This document shows, one piece after another, positions 13,090 through 15,807 of a stretch of DNA of 15,807 bases (the first letter of the stretch is position 1; every line of letters begins with the position of its first letter). Location: assembly GCA_000388065.2 (NCBI GenBank), contig KB932208.1. One strand, given 5' to 3'. A program made the translations under genes and the position numbers. The notes beneath the pieces were generated by a model. That model did no database searches. It saw only the letters and a program-made list of their open reading frames with translations, and had not been told where the DNA came from. The DNA is from Fonticula alba ATCC 38817 (lineage: Eukaryota; Protista; Nucleariida).

Positions 13090-15807
13090 TCAAGTGAACC
13101 AGGGCCGCCATGTCCCGCCACATGCGCACCACCCGGCATACGCATGGCCAAGGCGCTCGGCGATGAGCCGGGGGAAGGGCGCCGCCGGGGTCGGGGGAGC
13201 CGTGCTGCTGGCGTCTCGCGTCGCAGGGGGCCCGGCACCCGCACCGCCAGGGCCCGGGGCCGGCTTGGCCGGCGAGGCGGCGCCACCGCCAGGGGGGCCG
13301 GCCGGCCGGGTGGCCGACCGCGCTGACACCAGCCCCGGGGGCGGCTTCAGCGGCAGGTGCGGATCGGCAAGCAGGGCCGCCGAGCCGGTCGGCAGAACGG
13401 CGGCCGTCTTGGCCGAAAGCGGCGACGAGGCGCCCAGACGCGGGAGCGGGGGCACACTGCCGGCGGCCGCCGCGGCGGCTGCCGCCGCCGCCGCCGCCGG
13501 CTGCGAGGCCGACGAGGAGGCCGTGGCATTTTGGATCAGCCGAGCCGTGAGCTTGGACCGTGTGAGGGAGGCCTTCGCGGCGGCCGACTTGACCAAGGGG
13601 CCCGGGCCATTCGCGGCCGCGGAGGGAGCGGCACTCGACTTTGTTGGCGAGGTCACGGGCGCACGCGTGCGCGGGGTACCCGCCTCGGCGCCCGGGCCCG
13701 GGCCCGGCCCGGCGGCCACGGCAGGAGCCAGCACCGACTCCTGGCTCCCGGCCGGCGGGGGGGAGGACGCCGTCGTGCCAAGGGCCTCGTCGGAGGGGCC
13801 CGGCACGGCGACATCGGCCTCCTCCGAGGAGCGCGGGTAAGCAACGTGCGAGGCCGTGCTGCGGAAGCACCGCGTGCATCGAAGGGTGTTGGCCGCCACG
13901 GACAGAGGCTGCCAGGTGAGGCTGTCCACAAGCTCCGGGGCGAAGGTTGAGCTGGGCTCCCGGAGCCGCGCTTCGGGCGCCACCGGCAGCAGGAGAACCG
14001 CCGACGCCAGTGTCCGGTCCAGCGTAAATTGCGTGTCGCAGATGACAGCCAGATACCCATCGACCAGGGCTATAGGCGATGCAGGCGATGCAGGCGATGC
14101 AGGCGATGCAGGCGATGCAGGAGGCGGGGAGGGGGCTATCGTTAGCACGGCGCACTGAGAGTAGGGGAGGGCAGGAGAAGGGGGGCCGAGGGCGGGAGCG
14201 CGAGGGCAAGGCGGGGACAGGGGGGAAAACATACGATCTAGCGTCACCAGCAGGCCGGTAAGGTCAAACAGTGAGCGGATGATGCGCACTCGGCCAACGA
14301 GGGAATTGGTGGCCGGCGGTGAATGGAGATTCGAGAAGAAGATAATCACATCGCGGCTGAGGGCACTCATCTTGTGCTTCACGGCCTCCTCTTTGGGCGA
14401 GCGGGCCAGTGCAATGGACAAGGCCGGGATGGCCAGGCTTCTGGCCGAGTAGGAGGGCTGTGCCACGCGCCGGAGGATGGACGCCAGCTGCGACGAGGAG
14501 AGCATGTCGGAAAAGCGGATTGGCGCGATGACTGAGGGCCGCCCGGGAGGGCTGTTCGGCATCTCGGTCGAGGTGAACGCCGCTGAGGCATAGGGACACC
14601 CCGGGTCATTGGGGAACAGATCTGCGGGCAGAATCGGGTCAGAGACACGCCGGAGCAGTCGGGATCGGGGGGAAAGAGAAGGCAGTAAGAGGTAAAAGGA
14701 GAGAGGGGTAGGGGGAGAAGGAGAGAGAGGGAGAAAGAGAGAAAGAGAGAGAGGGGGAAGGAGAGAAAGAGACAAATAGACAAACAGACAAACAGACAAA
14801 CAGACAAACAGACAAAGAGACAAACAGACAAACAGACAAAGAGACAAAGAGACAAACAGGCAAAGAGACAAAGAGACAAAGAGACAAACAGACAAAGAGA
14901 CAAACAGACAAACAGACAAAGAGACAAAGAGACAAAGAGACAGGCGGGAGATGGGCCCAGCCAACGAACCATGGATGGTGGCTGCCAGCTGGAGCGGGCT
15001 CTGCGTCAGGCCGCCGGGCGAATGCCCCGGGTGGTTCAGCAGGTCCCAAATGCGCACCAGCAGGGAGGCCTTGCGGAAGAGGAAGCGAGACCGCGGGGAA
15101 ATCAGCGGCTCGGCCAGCAGCGGCAGCGAGGGGGAGAAGCGCCGGAGGGCGGTAGCCGCCAGCTTGTCGGCGATCGCCTGCGCCGAAGTGACCAGCTCAT
15201 CGGAAAAGAGAAACTCCTTGGGGATGGGGGCCGGGCGGAAGGTCGGCCGGGCGCGCTGCAGCTCCTCCAGGCTTTCCGGCGGGGAGCGCGCCGCAAAGGG
15301 CCGGCGAAACTGCGGCTGCACCAGGAACATATTTGCCAGACGCCCATCCTGCTCGGCGAAGACCACATCCCCGGCCGCGATGGCCGAGAAGAAATGCAGC
15401 TTGACCTCGTCCGTCAAAATCCGCGTATAGTGGATGCCATACACCACGAAGTATGTCAACACCACCATCCAGTGGGCGAAGCGCGACTGAATGTCGGTCA
15501 TCAGATCGAGCTTCTTGAAGTCTGCGCAGGGCCATTCGCGCCCCCATGCGTGCGCGCGCGCATCCACGCGCCGAGCACATGGCAAAGGACAGGAGGGTCA
15601 GCAAGGGCCCCACCGGCGGCATGGCTCAGGCAGGTGGACGAACCGGGGGCGAGCTTCATCAGGAAGCCCGGGGTCAGGACGGTCTTGTAGTCGGTGGACC
15701 GCTCGAGCAGCTCGTCCAGGGTGCGGGACACATGCTCCGGGTCCTCGAACATCGACAGGAAGACATCAATGCAGTGGCTGGTTGGCGCGTTGCGGCAGGC
15801 GCGGCCG
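13090..15807 (-). CDS. Hypothetical protein, 5'-partial, multi-exon. Predicted exons: >15807-15644, 15521-14970, 14621-14235, 14069-13090 (3' end uncertain; may splice onward from 13142)
   Basis: The frame is open to the window edge (GRACRNAPTSHCIDVFLSMFEDPEHVSRTLDELLE...). It has globular-looking sequence with C/G-ending codons. Three GT-AG introns remove exactly the low-complexity stretches and keep the frame. The tail is Ala/Pro/Ser-rich. I recognise no family. Confidence 0.72.
14070..14234 (-). other. Predicted intron of the hypothetical gene (165 nt, phase 1)
   Basis: C|GTATGT donor at 14234, pyrimidine-rich body, GCTAAC branch motif at about 14141-14146, and TATAG| acceptor at 14070. 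An alternative in-frame acceptor lies at 14136. Confidence 0.75.
14075..14119. repeat. (GGCGATGCA)5 perfect 9-bp tandem repeat
   Basis: Five perfect units directly visible. Confidence 0.95.
14622..14969 (-). other. Predicted intron of the hypothetical gene (348 nt, phase 1)
   Basis: G|GTTCGT donor at 14969, long pyrimidine-rich array, CTGAC branch-like motif near 14638-14642, and GCAG| as the first AG after the donor. Confidence 0.8.
14770..14942. repeat. Octamer tandem array (AGACAAAC/AGACAAAG), 21 full units plus a partial unit
   Basis: Units vary mainly at the last base (C or G), with one AGACAAAT and one AGGCAAAG. A GA-rich tract flanks it at about 14697-14769. Confidence 0.95.
15522..15643 (-). 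other. Predicted intron of the hypothetical gene (122 nt, phase 1)
   Basis: G|GTTCGT donor at 15643, GCTGAC branch-like motif near 15597-15602, (GC)n tract and GCAG| acceptor. It joins two different-frame ORFs as ...FLMKLAP-D-FKKLDLMTDIQSRF... Confidence 0.8.

Noticed and set aside
11285-14209. 974-aa minus-strand ORF as a single gene
   Set aside because: It begins inside a predicted intron and is an off-frame reading of the third gene for its first part (IACIAC, RRGG). Only short downstream stretches might be real exons.
14640-14945. Multi-pass transmembrane or Cys-rich domain (LSLCLFVSLSV repeats)
   Set aside because: All three minus frames give similar repeats from an octamer array bounded by splice signals. 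It is best explained as intronic.
1-15807. tRNA, rRNA, snRNA genes, transposase or reverse-transcriptase ORFs, telomeric repeats
   Set aside because: I saw no recognisable signatures by eye. An Infernal/Rfam or tRNAscan-SE search would be needed to exclude small ncRNAs.

Overview
Very GC-rich eukaryotic DNA from a draft assembly, with spliceosomal introns, many G/C homopolymers and two N-gaps. The organism cannot be identified from the sequence alone. The style suggests a unicellular opisthokont-like protist such as Fonticula, which is inference only. Three genes are supported. (1) A + strand CLU1/CLUH-family (clustered mitochondria) gene in 3 exons, 1470-6624, about 1569 aa once corrected. 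Its first exon is frameshifted by an assembly artefact: a 20-nt Illumina adapter (1953-1972) between two exact 168-bp copies. (2) A convergent, apparently intronless - strand DOT1 histone H3K79 methyltransferase (7244-10300, 1018 aa). It has a long repeat-built RS/RD/His-rich N-terminal region. (3) A - strand multi-exon gene I cannot assign to a family. It enters from the right edge and has three predicted introns, two of them in-frame, stop-free and repeat-filled. The 10.4-13.1 kb interval is unresolved. Most other ORFs in the track are GC-rich shadow ORFs. I found no convincing new multi-gene system, mobile element, RNA gene or CRISPR array.
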